This document shows, piece by piece, positions 55,126 to 64,000 of a stretch of 64,000 bases of DNA. The DNA is from Candidatus Fimisoma avicola (GTDB lineage: Bacteria; Bacillota; Clostridia; Peptostreptococcales; Anaerovoracaceae): positions 945 to 64,944 of the forward strand of contig DVMO01000006.1 in the NCBI GenBank assembly GCA_018714945.1. Reading direction: 5' to 3'. The translations under genes were made by a program, and so were the position numbers. The notes below the pieces were generated by a model. That model made no database searches. It was not told the origin of the DNA and saw only the letters and a list, made by a program, of their open reading frames with translations. Each line of letters starts with the position of its first letter. The stretch's first letter is position 1.

Positions 55126-55851
55126 ATGATCAACAAAATTATGACTGCAGATGAAGCAGTTGCAGGCGTAAAAGACGGTATGACCATCATGGTCGGCGGA
55201 TTCCTGGCAACAGGTTCACCGGAAGTTCTTATGGATGCGCTTGTAAGAAAAGGCGTAAAGCACCTTACGGTTATAGCTAATGACGGAGGACTGGATGCAG
55301 GTCAGCCTGCCGGAGAATTTGCCGGCAAGACAGCAAGAGGAGTAGGAAAGCTTCTTGAACATCACATGGTAGACCACATCATCGCTTCCCATCTTGGTGT
55401 AAACCCTAAGCTGAACGAACAGTTTGCTGAAGGTACTCTTAAATATACCCTCGTTCCGCAGGGAACTCTGGCTGAAAAGATCAGAGCCGCTGCTTACGGC
55501 CTGGGCGGAGTCCTGACTCCTACCGGAGTAGGTACTCCTATGGAGACAGAGCTGGATGAACTGGGAAGAAAGAAACAGGTAGTTGAGATCGAAGGCAAGA
55601 AGTATCTGCTGGAGCTCCCTCTCCATGCCGACTATGCTTTCATCAGACCTTCTGTAGCTGATAAATTCGGTAATTTCTACTGCAAGAAAGCTACTAAGAA
55701 TTTCAACTATGTAATGGCAGGAGCCGCTGACAAGACTATCATAGCTCCTGAAAAAATCGTAGAAATTGGCGAGATCGACCCTGATATGTTCGCAGTAGCG
55801 GGCGTGCTGGTAGATGCAATCGCGGAAGGAGAGAAACCATGGCAGATTTAA
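55126..55851 (+). CDS. atoD: 3-oxoacid/acetoacetate CoA-transferase subunit A
   Basis: V.DGMTIMVGGF...G.P..L and PQGTLAE.IRA motifs. Confidence 0.9.
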   Translation: MINKIMTADEAVAGVKDGMTIMVGGFLATGSPEVLMDALVRKGVKHLTVIANDGGLDAGQPAGEFAGKTARGVGKLLEHHMVDHIIASHLGVNPKLNEQFAEGTLKYTLVPQGTLAEKIRAAAYGLGGVLTPTGVGTPMETELDELGRKKQVVEIEGKKYLLELPLHADYAFIRPSVADKFGNFYCKKATKNFNYVMAGAADKTIIAPEKIVEIGEIDPDMFAVAGVLVDAIAEGEKPWQI

Positions 55852-56495
55852 AACAGAGAATCGCAAAGAGATGTGCGAAAGAATTTAAAGACGGCGAATT
55901 CGCCAATCTGGGGATCGGTCTCCCTACTATGGTAGCTGACTACATTCCTGATGACATCATGGTTACATTCCACTCCGAAAACGGATTTGCCGGTATCGAT
56001 GCAATGGCTGACGAAAGCAATCTGGATGTGGATATAATCAACTCAGGCGGATCATATGTAACCGCAGTTGACAGGGTTAAATACTTTGATACAGCCGAAT
56101 CTTTCGGTCTGGTAAGAGGCGGACATGTAAGAGCCACCGTCCTGGGCGCAATGGAAGTTGCCGAAAACGGAGACCTGGCAAACTGGATCGTACCAGGCAA
56201 GAAAGTTGCCGGTATGGGCGGAGCCATGGACCTGTGCACAGGATGTCCTGAAGTTATCATCGTAATGCTCCACACCAACAAAGGTAAGCCTAAGATCCTG
56301 AAAAAATGCTCTCTGCCGCTTACTGCAGAAAAGTGCGTTTCCAAGATCATAACCGAGATGGGCGTTATGGAAGTAAGAGAAGACGGTATCTGGGTAGTTG
56401 AACTCCACCCTGATTACACCAAAGAAGACATTCAGGCTGCAACTGAATGTGAACTCCACTTCGATCCTGATATGAAGGCAATGGAAGAGGAGTAA
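55839..56495 (+). CDS. atoA: 3-oxoacid/acetoacetate CoA-transferase subunit B
   Basis: NLGIGLPT, SENG (catalytic Glu) and GMGGAMDL motifs; overlaps subunit A. Confidence 0.9.
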   Translation: MADLKQRIAKRCAKEFKDGEFANLGIGLPTMVADYIPDDIMVTFHSENGFAGIDAMADESNLDVDIINSGGSYVTAVDRVKYFDTAESFGLVRGGHVRATVLGAMEVAENGDLANWIVPGKKVAGMGGAMDLCTGCPEVIIVMLHTNKGKPKILKKCSLPLTAEKCVSKIITEMGVMEVREDGIWVVELHPDYTKEDIQAATECELHFDPDMKAMEEE

Positions 56496-56627
56496 AAAAA
56501 TTCCAGCATGACATATAATAGCAAAGACCGCTGTGTACCGCAAAGGCGCACAGCGGTCTTTGCGTATACGGAAAAAGTTCCGGAGGTTGTGTTCTCAAAG
56601 GAAAACATAAAATTTGCGTTAAGATTA

Positions 56628-56657
56628 TTGACATTTATGTAAAGAAAGTGTTAAAAT
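56628..56657 (+). promoter_or_regulatory. Putative sigma-70-type promoter of the transporter gene
   Basis: TTGACA (56628-56633), 18-nt spacer, TAAAAT (56652-56657). A second TATAAT lies at 56664-56669. Confidence 0.45.
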
Positions 56658-56716
56658 ATCGGATATAATGTTAAGGAAGTGCAAAGAAAATGCACAAAAG
56701 GAGGAATTACAATCAA

Positions 56717-58129
56717 ATGGAACAGAAGAAAAAGAAATTTACCGTACCTCATGTGTACATCTTGCTGCTGTTGATGATCCTTATTTTTTCACTTCTTTCT
56801 TACATAGTTCCGGCCGGAACATACGATATGATGACTATCGTAGACAATCCGGAAACGGGACACGAAAGAGAAGTAGTAAATCCGGACTCATTTTCGTATG
56901 TTGAATCAACTCCAGTTACGCTGCTGCAATTTCTGACTGCGGTACCGCGCGGACTGCAAGAAACTGCGCAGATCATTTTCTTTATATTTATAGTAGGCGG
57001 AGCAATGGCCGTTGTAAATGAAACAAAAGCCATTGAAGCCGGCATGGGAAGGCTTATCAAAAACCTCAAGAGCAAATCTTGGATAATCATTCCCGTGGCC
57101 ATGTTCTTCTTCTCTATCTGCGGATCCGTATTCGGTATGGCCGAAGAAACCCTGCCGTTCATCCCTATCTTTGTAGGACTGATGATAGCAGCCGGTTATG
57201 ACTCGATCACCGGAACTGCCGTTGTATTCTGCGGAGCCGGAGCAGGATTTGCCGGAGCATTTATCAACCCGTTCACGATCCAGGTTGCCCAGGGTATCGC
57301 CCAGGTGGAGATCCTCTCAGGAATGGGATTCAGGATTGTTATGTACATATGTATGCTGATCCTTACCGTGGCGTTTGTTCTCCGTTATGCTTCAAAAGTT
57401 AAGAAAGACCCTACCCTTTCTCTCATGCACGAAGATGACATCAAGAGAGAAGATGTGGTCGATCTTGAGGCTCTGCCTGAGTTTGACGGAAGAAGAAAAG
57501 CGATACTGATCGTATTCGTCATAGCTATAATCTTCCTGGTTTACGCAGTCGTTACCTGGGGATGGTACATGGACGAGATTGCTGCACTGTTCTTTGTAAT
57601 GTCATGGATAGTTGCGCTGATCGACAAGAACCTTGGATTCAACAGCTATGCTGAGACCCTTGGAAAAGGTATGGCCGATGTTGCAGGCGGCGCATTGGTA
57701 GTAGGTTTTGCAAGAGGTATCCTGGTAGTAATGACTGACGGAAATATCCTGCACACCATCCTTCACTCCTGTGCCGGTTTCCTGGAAAAGCTGCCTTCAA
57801 TGGTATCAGCCGTCGGAATGTATATCTTCCAGTGCCTGCTCAACTTCATCGTTCCGTCAGGTTCAGGACAGGCTGCCGTATCAATGCCGATCATGGCTCC
57901 TCTGTCAGATCTGGTAGGAGTTACAAGGCAGACCGCATGTATTGCCTTCCAGCTGGGCGATGGTATCTCGAATATATTCACGCCGACTTCCGGTTACTTC
58001 ATGGCCGGTCTTGCCCTTGCCAAGATTCCTTGGGCAAAATGGGCAAAATGGATCTTGCCGCTTATTGGATTGCAGTATCTGCTTGGCGCAGTATTCGTAG
58101 TTGTAGCGCAGATCATAGGATTACAGTAA
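56717..58129 (+). CDS. YfcC/DcuC-type (C4-dicarboxylate anaerobic carrier superfamily) transporter, candidate basic amino acid carrier
   Basis: About 470-aa polytopic protein with a YfcC-like pattern. Start at 56717 behind AAGGAGG. Confidence 0.75.
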   Translation: MEQKKKKFTVPHVYILLLLMILIFSLLSYIVPAGTYDMMTIVDNPETGHEREVVNPDSFSYVESTPVTLLQFLTAVPRGLQETAQIIFFIFIVGGAMAVVNETKAIEAGMGRLIKNLKSKSWIIIPVAMFFFSICGSVFGMAEETLPFIPIFVGLMIAAGYDSITGTAVVFCGAGAGFAGAFINPFTIQVAQGIAQVEILSGMGFRIVMYICMLILTVAFVLRYASKVKKDPTLSLMHEDDIKREDVVDLEALPEFDGRRKAILIVFVIAIIFLVYAVVTWGWYMDEIAALFFVMSWIVALIDKNLGFNSYAETLGKGMADVAGGALVVGFARGILVVMTDGNILHTILHSCAGFLEKLPSMVSAVGMYIFQCLLNFIVPSGSGQAAVSMPIMAPLSDLVGVTRQTACIAFQLGDGISNIFTPTSGYFMAGLALAKIPWAKWAKWILPLIGLQYLLGAVFVVVAQIIGLQ

Positions 58130-58145
58130 AATCAGATTTTTGAAT

Positions 58146-58206
58146 AAAAAGGAGTGGGGCTTCCCCGGCAGGTATAAACAGCCGGAGGAGGCCCCGCTCC
58201 TTTTTT
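58146..58206. terminator. Bidirectional terminator between the transporter and the convergent activator gene
   Basis: AAAAA-GGAGTGGGGC ... GCCCCGCTCC-TTTTTT long hairpin. Confidence 0.7.
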
Positions 58207-58210
58207 GTCG

Positions 58211-60248
58211 TCATTTTCTGCTTAACATTTCTTTGCCCTTTTCGGTGAGTCTTGAGCCTGACCGGCCGGATGAGGAATAGATGAGCCCTTCCTGCTTGAA
58301 TTCCGACAGATACCGTTTCAATATCCCTTCCCCGACGGAAAGCCCCTCCTCAGCAAGTTTGTCCATGAGCACACCCCTTCCGATGCCGGAAAAAGGTGTG
58401 GAGTTCCTGCCTATGACAGAAAGTATGGCAAGGCGCAGATCCCGGCTGTCTTTCTGACTGTCTGGAGGGGGGTAATGCCATTACATGTGATATCCGCCCC
58501 GCTGAAACCGTCATCGGGGATGTGGCCGGAACGGATGCCCGAAATATAGCCGGGGATCTGCCCCATGGTCCTGAAGTATGATGCAGCGTTTTCCAGTTCC
58601 CTGACATTTCTGGCCAGCCGTATTCCATGAGTATACGGCGGTCAGCAGGGCTCAGGAGTCCAAACTGCCTTCCGAGAAAGACCTTGAGGAGCGGCAGTAT
58701 GTCATCCTTTCTGTGACGGAGGGGAACAATGCTCAGGGGTATCACATTCAGCCGGAAAAACAGGTCCTCACGGAAATCTCCATTGGCGACTTTCTTCTCA
58801 AGATCTGCGTTGGTAGCTGCAATGATCCTGGCGTCGATATCTACGATCTTGCCGCTGCCTACGCGCATGATCTGCTTTTCCTGGATCACACGCAGCAGCC
58901 TAGTCTGAAGATTCGGCGATATATCGCCGATCTCGTCCAGAAAGATGGTGCCGTGTTTTGCGTGTTCAAACAGGCCGGGCTTTCCGCCCTTGCTGGCTCC
59001 GGTAAATGACCCCTCTTCATAGCCGAACAGCTCGCTTTCCAGCAGGTTTTCAGGGATGGCCGCACAGTTGACAGCGACAAAAGGATATTTTTTCCTGGCA
59101 GAGTGGTTGTGGATGGACTGGGCAAGCAATTCCTTGCCTGTGCCGCTCTCGCCCCGGATAAGGATGGTATAGTCGGAAAGTGCGGCCTTTTTAGCCATAT
59201 CTATGCATGTCCTCATGGGAGCCGACCGATGTATGATGTCAGAGAAAGTATAGCGGGCATAAAAACCCGTCTGCCTGAGCATGCGGCTCATATTGCTTTC
59301 TTTTTCCCTGAGATCGTTTTCGTTTTGAAGTATCAGATAGCTGCCTACATGCTCGTCCATGAGGGAAATATCTGTTTTTTCAGCCATATAATTTATGCCG
59401 TTAAATTTAATAAGCTCGTCCCTAAAGGATTTAAGCTCGAGAAGCCTGGCAGGGAGGATTTCTTTTTCCGGAAAAGTCTGACCGCATTCTATTTGAAAAA
59501 CACCGTAGGCCATCTCGTTGATAAAGTGGACCTGATCGTTTTTGCCAACAAGGATTATGAGACGAGATGAATCGTTGATGATGTTGTCGAGCATGCTGTC
59601 CTTTAAAAAATTGCTGAGAAAGCTGTTTATGTAATCCGCCCCGGTATCCAGCTCATCCCTTATCTTGCGGAGGAGGCTGCCGTGGATGTGAGCGTTGTTT
59701 AGTCCAAGGACGGAGATGACTTTTCGGAAAGTTTCAAAACTAACATCGCGGTTGTGTATGTTAAGGACATTTTTAATATGAGGAGGCACCAGATGCTCTG
59801 ACATTTCGGTGACGATGGCCGTATCAATGCTCTCATATCCATTTGATTGTGATACTAAAGGCTCAAAGGGAATAAGCTTAATATGACTGACCCCGAGCTC
59901 ATATATCATGTACATGGTCTGGAGGATGCTTTCCCTGGAATCGTTGACAACGAGGACACTGGTACCGGCAGGCAGGTCTATGACAGGCTGGAGATATTGC
60001 TGCTTTATATTCCTTTTCATTACGACTATCTTGGTAAAGTCGTCGATATGACCGAGCAGGTCGATGAGAGATTCCTCGTAGCACAGGATATACACATCTG
60101 CGTCTATCTGCTGGCCGGGTTCAAATTCGTTGGTATAATAATTGGTTATGTGTATGTAGCCTCCCAGGACATCATAGAAATTGTCCTCCAGATGCTTTAT
60201 AGCTTCTGGATTTTCCCTGTCTCTGTAAAAAATTGCGACTTCTTTCAT
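58211..60248 (-). pseudogene. Sigma-54-dependent activator (N-terminal sensor, PAS-like, AAA+, winged-helix) interrupted by two apparent 1-nt deletions
   Basis: The AAA+ domain is intact (GESGTGKE, GSFTGA, TIFLDEIGD). At ~58610 the reading YGWPEMSGNWKTL becomes YGWPGNVRELEN if one G is restored. In the C6/G6 run at 58467-58472 one extra base leads into ...DSQKDSRDLRLAILSVIGRNSTPFSGIGRGVLMDKLAEEGLSVGEGILKRYLSEFKQEGLIYSSSGRSGSRLTEKGKEMLSRK, which stops at 58211. Confidence 0.75.
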
Positions 60249-60315
60249 AAGATCGCCTCCGAACTGTCAGTTTCTGATATTGTATCAGATTGATTCTGTG
60301 ACAGTCAAGGGATAT

Positions 60316-60365
60316 GAGGAAAGGACAGGACAGATGGATGGAGGAAAGGACAGGACAGATGGAAG
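60316..60365. repeat. Tandem direct repeat (2 x 25 nt) just upstream of a sigma-54 promoter
   Basis: GAGGAAAGGACAGGACAGATGGA at 60316-60338 and again, identical, at 60341-60363. Confidence 0.85.
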
Positions 60366-60378
60366 CGACAGATCATGT

Positions 60379-60394
60379 TGGCACGGGGTTTGCA
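60379..60394 (+). promoter_or_regulatory. Sigma-54 (-24/-12) promoter of the SDR-nhaC-deacetylase-amidohydrolase operon
   Basis: TTGGCACGGGGTTTGCACAT: TGGCAC-N5-TTGCA with GG-N10-GC spacing, about 48 nt upstream of the SDR ATG. Confidence 0.85.
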
Positions 60395-60441
60395 CATAAG
60401 AAAGAATAGGATAGAAAATTATTATGGTAAAGGAGGTAATC

Positions 60442-61155
60442 ATGAAAAAGGTAGCTGTAGTTACTGGAGCCGGAACGGGTATAGGCCGGGAAATCGCCCT
60501 GGAGCTTGCCAGGAACGGGTACATGGTCTATGCCAACGGCAGGAGCGCCGAAAAACTCAAGGAAACTCTGGAAGAGGGCAAAGACCTTGATATCAGGCCT
60601 CTGATCTTTGATGTGAGGGATGTCAGGGCTGTTGAAGCCGGATTGTCTGAACTGGACAGGATAGACTGTCTGGTAAACAACGCCGGACGGAGCATCAGAA
60701 AGAAGAAGATAGAGGATATTACAGAAGACGATTGGGATCCTATCATGGAGACCAACGCCAGAGGATATTTCTTCGTGATGAAATACGCCCTTAAAAAAAT
60801 GGACAGGGGCGCATGCATCATAAACATGTCATCAGGCGCAGCCAAGACCGGAGGTGATTTTGTATCTATCCCATATTCAACCTCCAAAGGCGCCATCAAT
60901 TCTCTGACCATAAGCATGGCAAGAGAGCTTGCGCCAGAGGGCATAAGGGTAAACGCCGTATCACCGGGATTTGTTGATACAGCTATGCTTGAACTTAACG
61001 GAAAGCCAAAAGACTATTATAAAGATGTGATACCGCTGGGAAGATTGGGGTGCGCCGGCGATATCGCAAACATGGTATTGTTCCTGGCCTCTGACAAAGC
61101 AGATTTCATTACGGGCCAGATCATCGAAGTCAATGGGGGAGACATAATGGGATAG
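60442..61155 (+). CDS. Short-chain dehydrogenase/reductase (SDR)
   Basis: VTGAGTGIGREIA (TGxxxGxG), NNAG and the YSTSKGA (YxxxK) catalytic motif. Start at 60442 behind AAGGAGG. Confidence 0.85.
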   Translation: MKKVAVVTGAGTGIGREIALELARNGYMVYANGRSAEKLKETLEEGKDLDIRPLIFDVRDVRAVEAGLSELDRIDCLVNNAGRSIRKKKIEDITEDDWDPIMETNARGYFFVMKYALKKMDRGACIINMSSGAAKTGGDFVSIPYSTSKGAINSLTISMARELAPEGIRVNAVSPGFVDTAMLELNGKPKDYYKDVIPLGRLGCAGDIANMVLFLASDKADFITGQIIEVNGGDIMG

Positions 61156-61245
61156 AGGAGAAAATAGGATAAACAGGACAAAAAGGACGGAGGTCCCGTT
61201 TATCCCAAAACCGTTATCACTCGCATAAAGTTCAAGGAGGAAAAA

Positions 61246-62691
61246 ATGAACGAAAAAAAAGAAAGACAGCCTAAGATGACTTTTGGAAGAGCCCTGGCCT
61301 GTATCATAGGTCTTGTCATTGTCCTTTGCCTGGGATTTGCTGTTATTGGGTTTGATACTAAAGTCACATTTCTTTTGGCATCCATAGTAGTGGGTATTTT
61401 CCTTGTTGCCTACGGATTCAAACTGGATCAGGTAATGACATGGTATGCTGACGGCGGCAGGAGCTCTGTGGACCTGATACTTATCCTGATGAGCGTAGGA
61501 ACGGTAATAGGAACATGGATGGCTTCCGGAGCCGTGCCGACCATCGTATATTACGGACTGAAGATGCTGACACCGACATCATTTATGATAATCGGCTTCC
61601 TGCTCTGCTGTATAGTTTCGTTTTTCATAGGAAGCTCTTATTCGACCCTGGCAACTCTGGGCGTGGCCTTTATAGGTATAGGCACGGGCCTTGGTATGAA
61701 CCTTGGCCTGGTAGGCGGAATGGTACTGTCCGGAGCCATGTTCGGAGACAAGATGTCGCCGTTCTCTGATACCACTAACCTGGCTCCGGCTGTCTCAGGG
61801 ACAACGGTATACCGTCATATCAATTCAATGATATATACTGTAACTCCTACCATGATAATAACCTTTGTCCTTTATGTAATACTCAGCAGGAATTTTGACA
61901 CTCATGATGCCGAAATGACCCTGGTAGACCAGATGCTGGACGGACTTGACGACACATTTAATATTACTCCGGTATTGCTGGTTGTCCCGGCATTCGTGCT
62001 GGTACTGGCTTTCCTCAAGGTCCATCCTGTGGTAGCGCTGCTTGGAAGTTCATTCCTGGCCATAATCATGGGACTCATCACGCAGGGAAATCATATCGAT
62101 CCTATCCATCTGATAGATTCAATGGGAATAGGTTTTTCGGCAGAAACAGGTGTGCCTGAACTGGATTCTCTCCTCAACAGAGGCGGTATCGTATCCATGA
62201 TGGAAGTAATAGCATGGACCATACTGACGCTGGGCATGGGCAACTGTCTAAAGGAAGCCGGAATTCTGGACGCTTTCCTGGACAAATTGCTGGTTCTCAT
62301 CAAAAAGCCAAAACATCTTGTTATCGCCACCCTGCTCTTCTCTCTGGTGACCGCATGCCTGACAGCGTCCCAGTACCTTGCTATCATGCTGCCGGGATTG
62401 ATCCTCAGAGACCAGTACACCAAGTTTAAACTTGATAAGAGAGTCCTCTCCAGGACGCTGGAAGACGGAGGTACCATGTTCTCCTTCCTGATCCCATGGG
62501 ATACAGCAGGTATTTATACTGCGTCTGTCCTTGGGGTAGCGACGCTGACATACGCGCCGTACGCTTTCCTGCTCTGGATAAATCCGATCATAGCGGCAAT
62601 ATACGCGCTTACAGGTCTCTTCCAGTTCAAAGATGAAAGCGCGGATAAAGATAAAAAATCAGAAGAAAAAAATGAAAAGGAGGAAGCATGA
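61246..62691 (+). CDS. NhaC-family Na+/H+ antiporter-type transporter
   Basis: 481-aa polytopic protein with NhaC-like topology and motifs. Confidence 0.8.
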   Translation: MNEKKERQPKMTFGRALACIIGLVIVLCLGFAVIGFDTKVTFLLASIVVGIFLVAYGFKLDQVMTWYADGGRSSVDLILILMSVGTVIGTWMASGAVPTIVYYGLKMLTPTSFMIIGFLLCCIVSFFIGSSYSTLATLGVAFIGIGTGLGMNLGLVGGMVLSGAMFGDKMSPFSDTTNLAPAVSGTTVYRHINSMIYTVTPTMIITFVLYVILSRNFDTHDAEMTLVDQMLDGLDDTFNITPVLLVVPAFVLVLAFLKVHPVVALLGSSFLAIIMGLITQGNHIDPIHLIDSMGIGFSAETGVPELDSLLNRGGIVSMMEVIAWTILTLGMGNCLKEAGILDAFLDKLLVLIKKPKHLVIATLLFSLVTACLTASQYLAIMLPGLILRDQYTKFKLDKRVLSRTLEDGGTMFSFLIPWDTAGIYTASVLGVATLTYAPYAFLLWINPIIAAIYALTGLFQFKDESADKDKKSEEKNEKEEA

Positions 62692-63533
62692 TGCAAAAGA
62701 TAGGAAAGGTGAACCTGCCTGAAGGCAAAACGATAGCTCTTAATCTGGGGTTTGACTTCGATTCATCTTCAGTATGGATGGAATCATTCGGAAAGATGTC
62801 TCCTGTATATACCTCAAGGGGAGAATACGGCGCGGAAGTAGGCGTTCCAAGGATCCTCAACCTTCTGGATAAATGTAAGATCAGAGCGACATTCTTCGTA
62901 CCGGGTCACACCATAGATACATATCCGGAAGTATGCAAAGAAATCCTTGCAAGAGGACATGAAATATCACATCATGGTTATGTTCACGAAGATCCTACGG
63001 ATATGCAGCTTGAGGAAGAAGAAGCGGTATTTGTAAAAGGCCTTGAGGCTCTTGACAGGATAGGCGTAAAACCTAAGGGATACAGATCTCCGGGATTTGA
63101 TTTCAGCCCTAACACCATCAATCTGCTGGAAAAATACGGGATAAAGTATGACAGCAGCCTGATGGGACAGGATTTTTATCCATATTGCCCGGCTCCTTGC
63201 AAGGTAAACTTCGATAAGGGCAACGAGTTCGGCGAGCCTTGCAAGATCGTTGAAATGCCTGCGTCGTGGTACATGGATGATTTCCCTCATTCAGAGTTCA
63301 TAATGACAAGGACCGGAATGAAACCTCAGAGCCAGATCTTCGAGATCTGGAAGACAACATTTGATTACGGCGTTGCCAATACCCAAAACGGAATGCTCAA
63401 TGTGGCCATGCATCCGCAGGTAATAGGCAGACCTCACAACATCACGATGCTTGAAGAATTTATCAGGCATGCTCTTGACTGCGGCGCCTGGATCGCACCG
63501 TTTGAAGAAATTTATGACCGGATAACATTTTAA
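62688..63533 (+). CDS. Polysaccharide deacetylase (NodB/PuuE-like) family hydrolase
   Basis: DFDSSS, ATFFVPGHT and HEISHHGYVHE motifs resemble the divalent-metal NodB/PuuE fold. ATGA overlap with the nhaC-like gene. Confidence 0.7.
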   Translation: MMQKIGKVNLPEGKTIALNLGFDFDSSSVWMESFGKMSPVYTSRGEYGAEVGVPRILNLLDKCKIRATFFVPGHTIDTYPEVCKEILARGHEISHHGYVHEDPTDMQLEEEEAVFVKGLEALDRIGVKPKGYRSPGFDFSPNTINLLEKYGIKYDSSLMGQDFYPYCPAPCKVNFDKGNEFGEPCKIVEMPASWYMDDFPHSEFIMTRTGMKPQSQIFEIWKTTFDYGVANTQNGMLNVAMHPQVIGRPHNITMLEEFIRHALDCGAWIAPFEEIYDRITF

Positions 63534-63612
63534 CCGGCTCAGGCTGAAATGACCGGATACGGCTCCCGGCACGGCCAGAAGCGGCAGGCCGGGAGCCTAA
63601 AAGGAGGATATA

Positions 63613-64000
63613 GTGGACAGAATTTTTTATAACGGCAAGATCTACGCCATAGATCAGCAAAACAGTTTCTATACGGCCATAGGTGTGGAAAAAGGCAAGA
63701 TCGCTTTTCTCGGAAACGATGCTCAGGCAGCGGAGATAGAGGCCGATGAAAAGATCGACCTTCAGGGAAAGACGGTGCTGCCGGGATTTGTGGACTCACA
63801 TCTGCATATGCTGAACTATGCTTTTGTGAAGCAGTCCTATCAGATGTTTTCGGCCGGATCTGTGGAGGAAATCATAAGAGAGGGCCAGAAGATAGCCGAG
63901 CGGATGAAAGACGAAGACAGGAGCCAGTGGATCTATGGCAGAGGATGGAACGAAGAAAATTTCAGCGACGAAAAGCGCCCTCTTGATCGCTTTGATCTTG
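63613..64000 (+). CDS. Amidohydrolase-family (amidohydrolase 3-like) protein, N-terminal part; continues beyond the window
   Basis: GTG start behind AAGGAGG. IFYNGKIY...GK.VLPGFVDSHLHM metal-binding HxH motif. Confidence 0.7.
   Translation, partial: MDRIFYNGKIYAIDQQNSFYTAIGVEKGKIAFLGNDAQAAEIEADEKIDLQGKTVLPGFVDSHLHMLNYAFVKQSYQMFSAGSVEEIIREGQKIAERMKDEDRSQWIYGRGWNEENFSDEKRPLDRFDL

Noticed and set aside
1-64000. Searched by eye for rRNA/tRNA genes, CRISPR arrays, transposases, integrases, phage or toxin-antitoxin/defence modules.
   Set aside because: No regularly spaced direct repeats, no tRNA-like cloverleaf regions in the intergenic gaps and no ORFs with transposase, integrase or recognised defence-system motifs were found. 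I cannot rule out small RNAs without covariance-model searches.

Overview
64-kb chromosomal window from an anaerobic Firmicute: Clostridia-like gene content, roughly 50% GC, GGAGG-type ribosome-binding sites, tightly packed and often overlapping operons. I recognised no rRNA, tRNA, CRISPR array, transposase or prophage genes. All calls rest on reading the ORF translations and the DNA by eye; no searches were run. The first ~31 kb is mostly housekeeping: surE, thiolase, an ECF sigma/anti-sigma pair, glnS, truA, dCMP deaminase, a TagO/WecA-type transferase, an ABC importer, desulfoferrodoxin, mtnA, scpAB and penicillin-binding carboxypeptidases. Four blocks stand out. (1) 18.4-21.0 kb holds a TetM/EF-G-like ribosomal GTPase fused in one ORF to a Rae1/YacP-type NYN ribonuclease domain. 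(2) 31.6-39.7 kb, minus strand, holds a ten-gene thiamine operon (thiS-thiF-thiG-thiH-tenI-thiE-HAD-thiD-thiC-thiN) behind a clear TPP riboswitch. It has a HAD phosphatase plus thiN where thiL would be expected. (3) 43.2-58.1 kb holds a lysine-to-butyrate/acetate fermentation locus: kal, two tandem kdd paralogues, kamA, a P-loop protein, a MutS-like ATPase, kamDE, atoDA and a YfcC-type transporter. Two near-consensus sigma-54 (-24/-12) promoters drive it. Its enhancer-binding protein has a sensor domain that is a third, NAD-motif-degenerate copy of the pathway enzyme Kdd, which I consider the most interesting feature. No kce gene is present in the window. (4) 58.2-64.0 kb holds a second sigma-54 unit. 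A PAS/AAA+ activator gene carries two apparent single-base frameshifts. It sits divergent from a consensus sigma-54 promoter driving an SDR, NhaC, deacetylase and amidohydrolase operon of unknown substrate. The non-coding stretch at 42.6-43.2 kb contains an unexplained array of five ATGTTGGCT/AGCCAACAT motifs forming nested hairpins.
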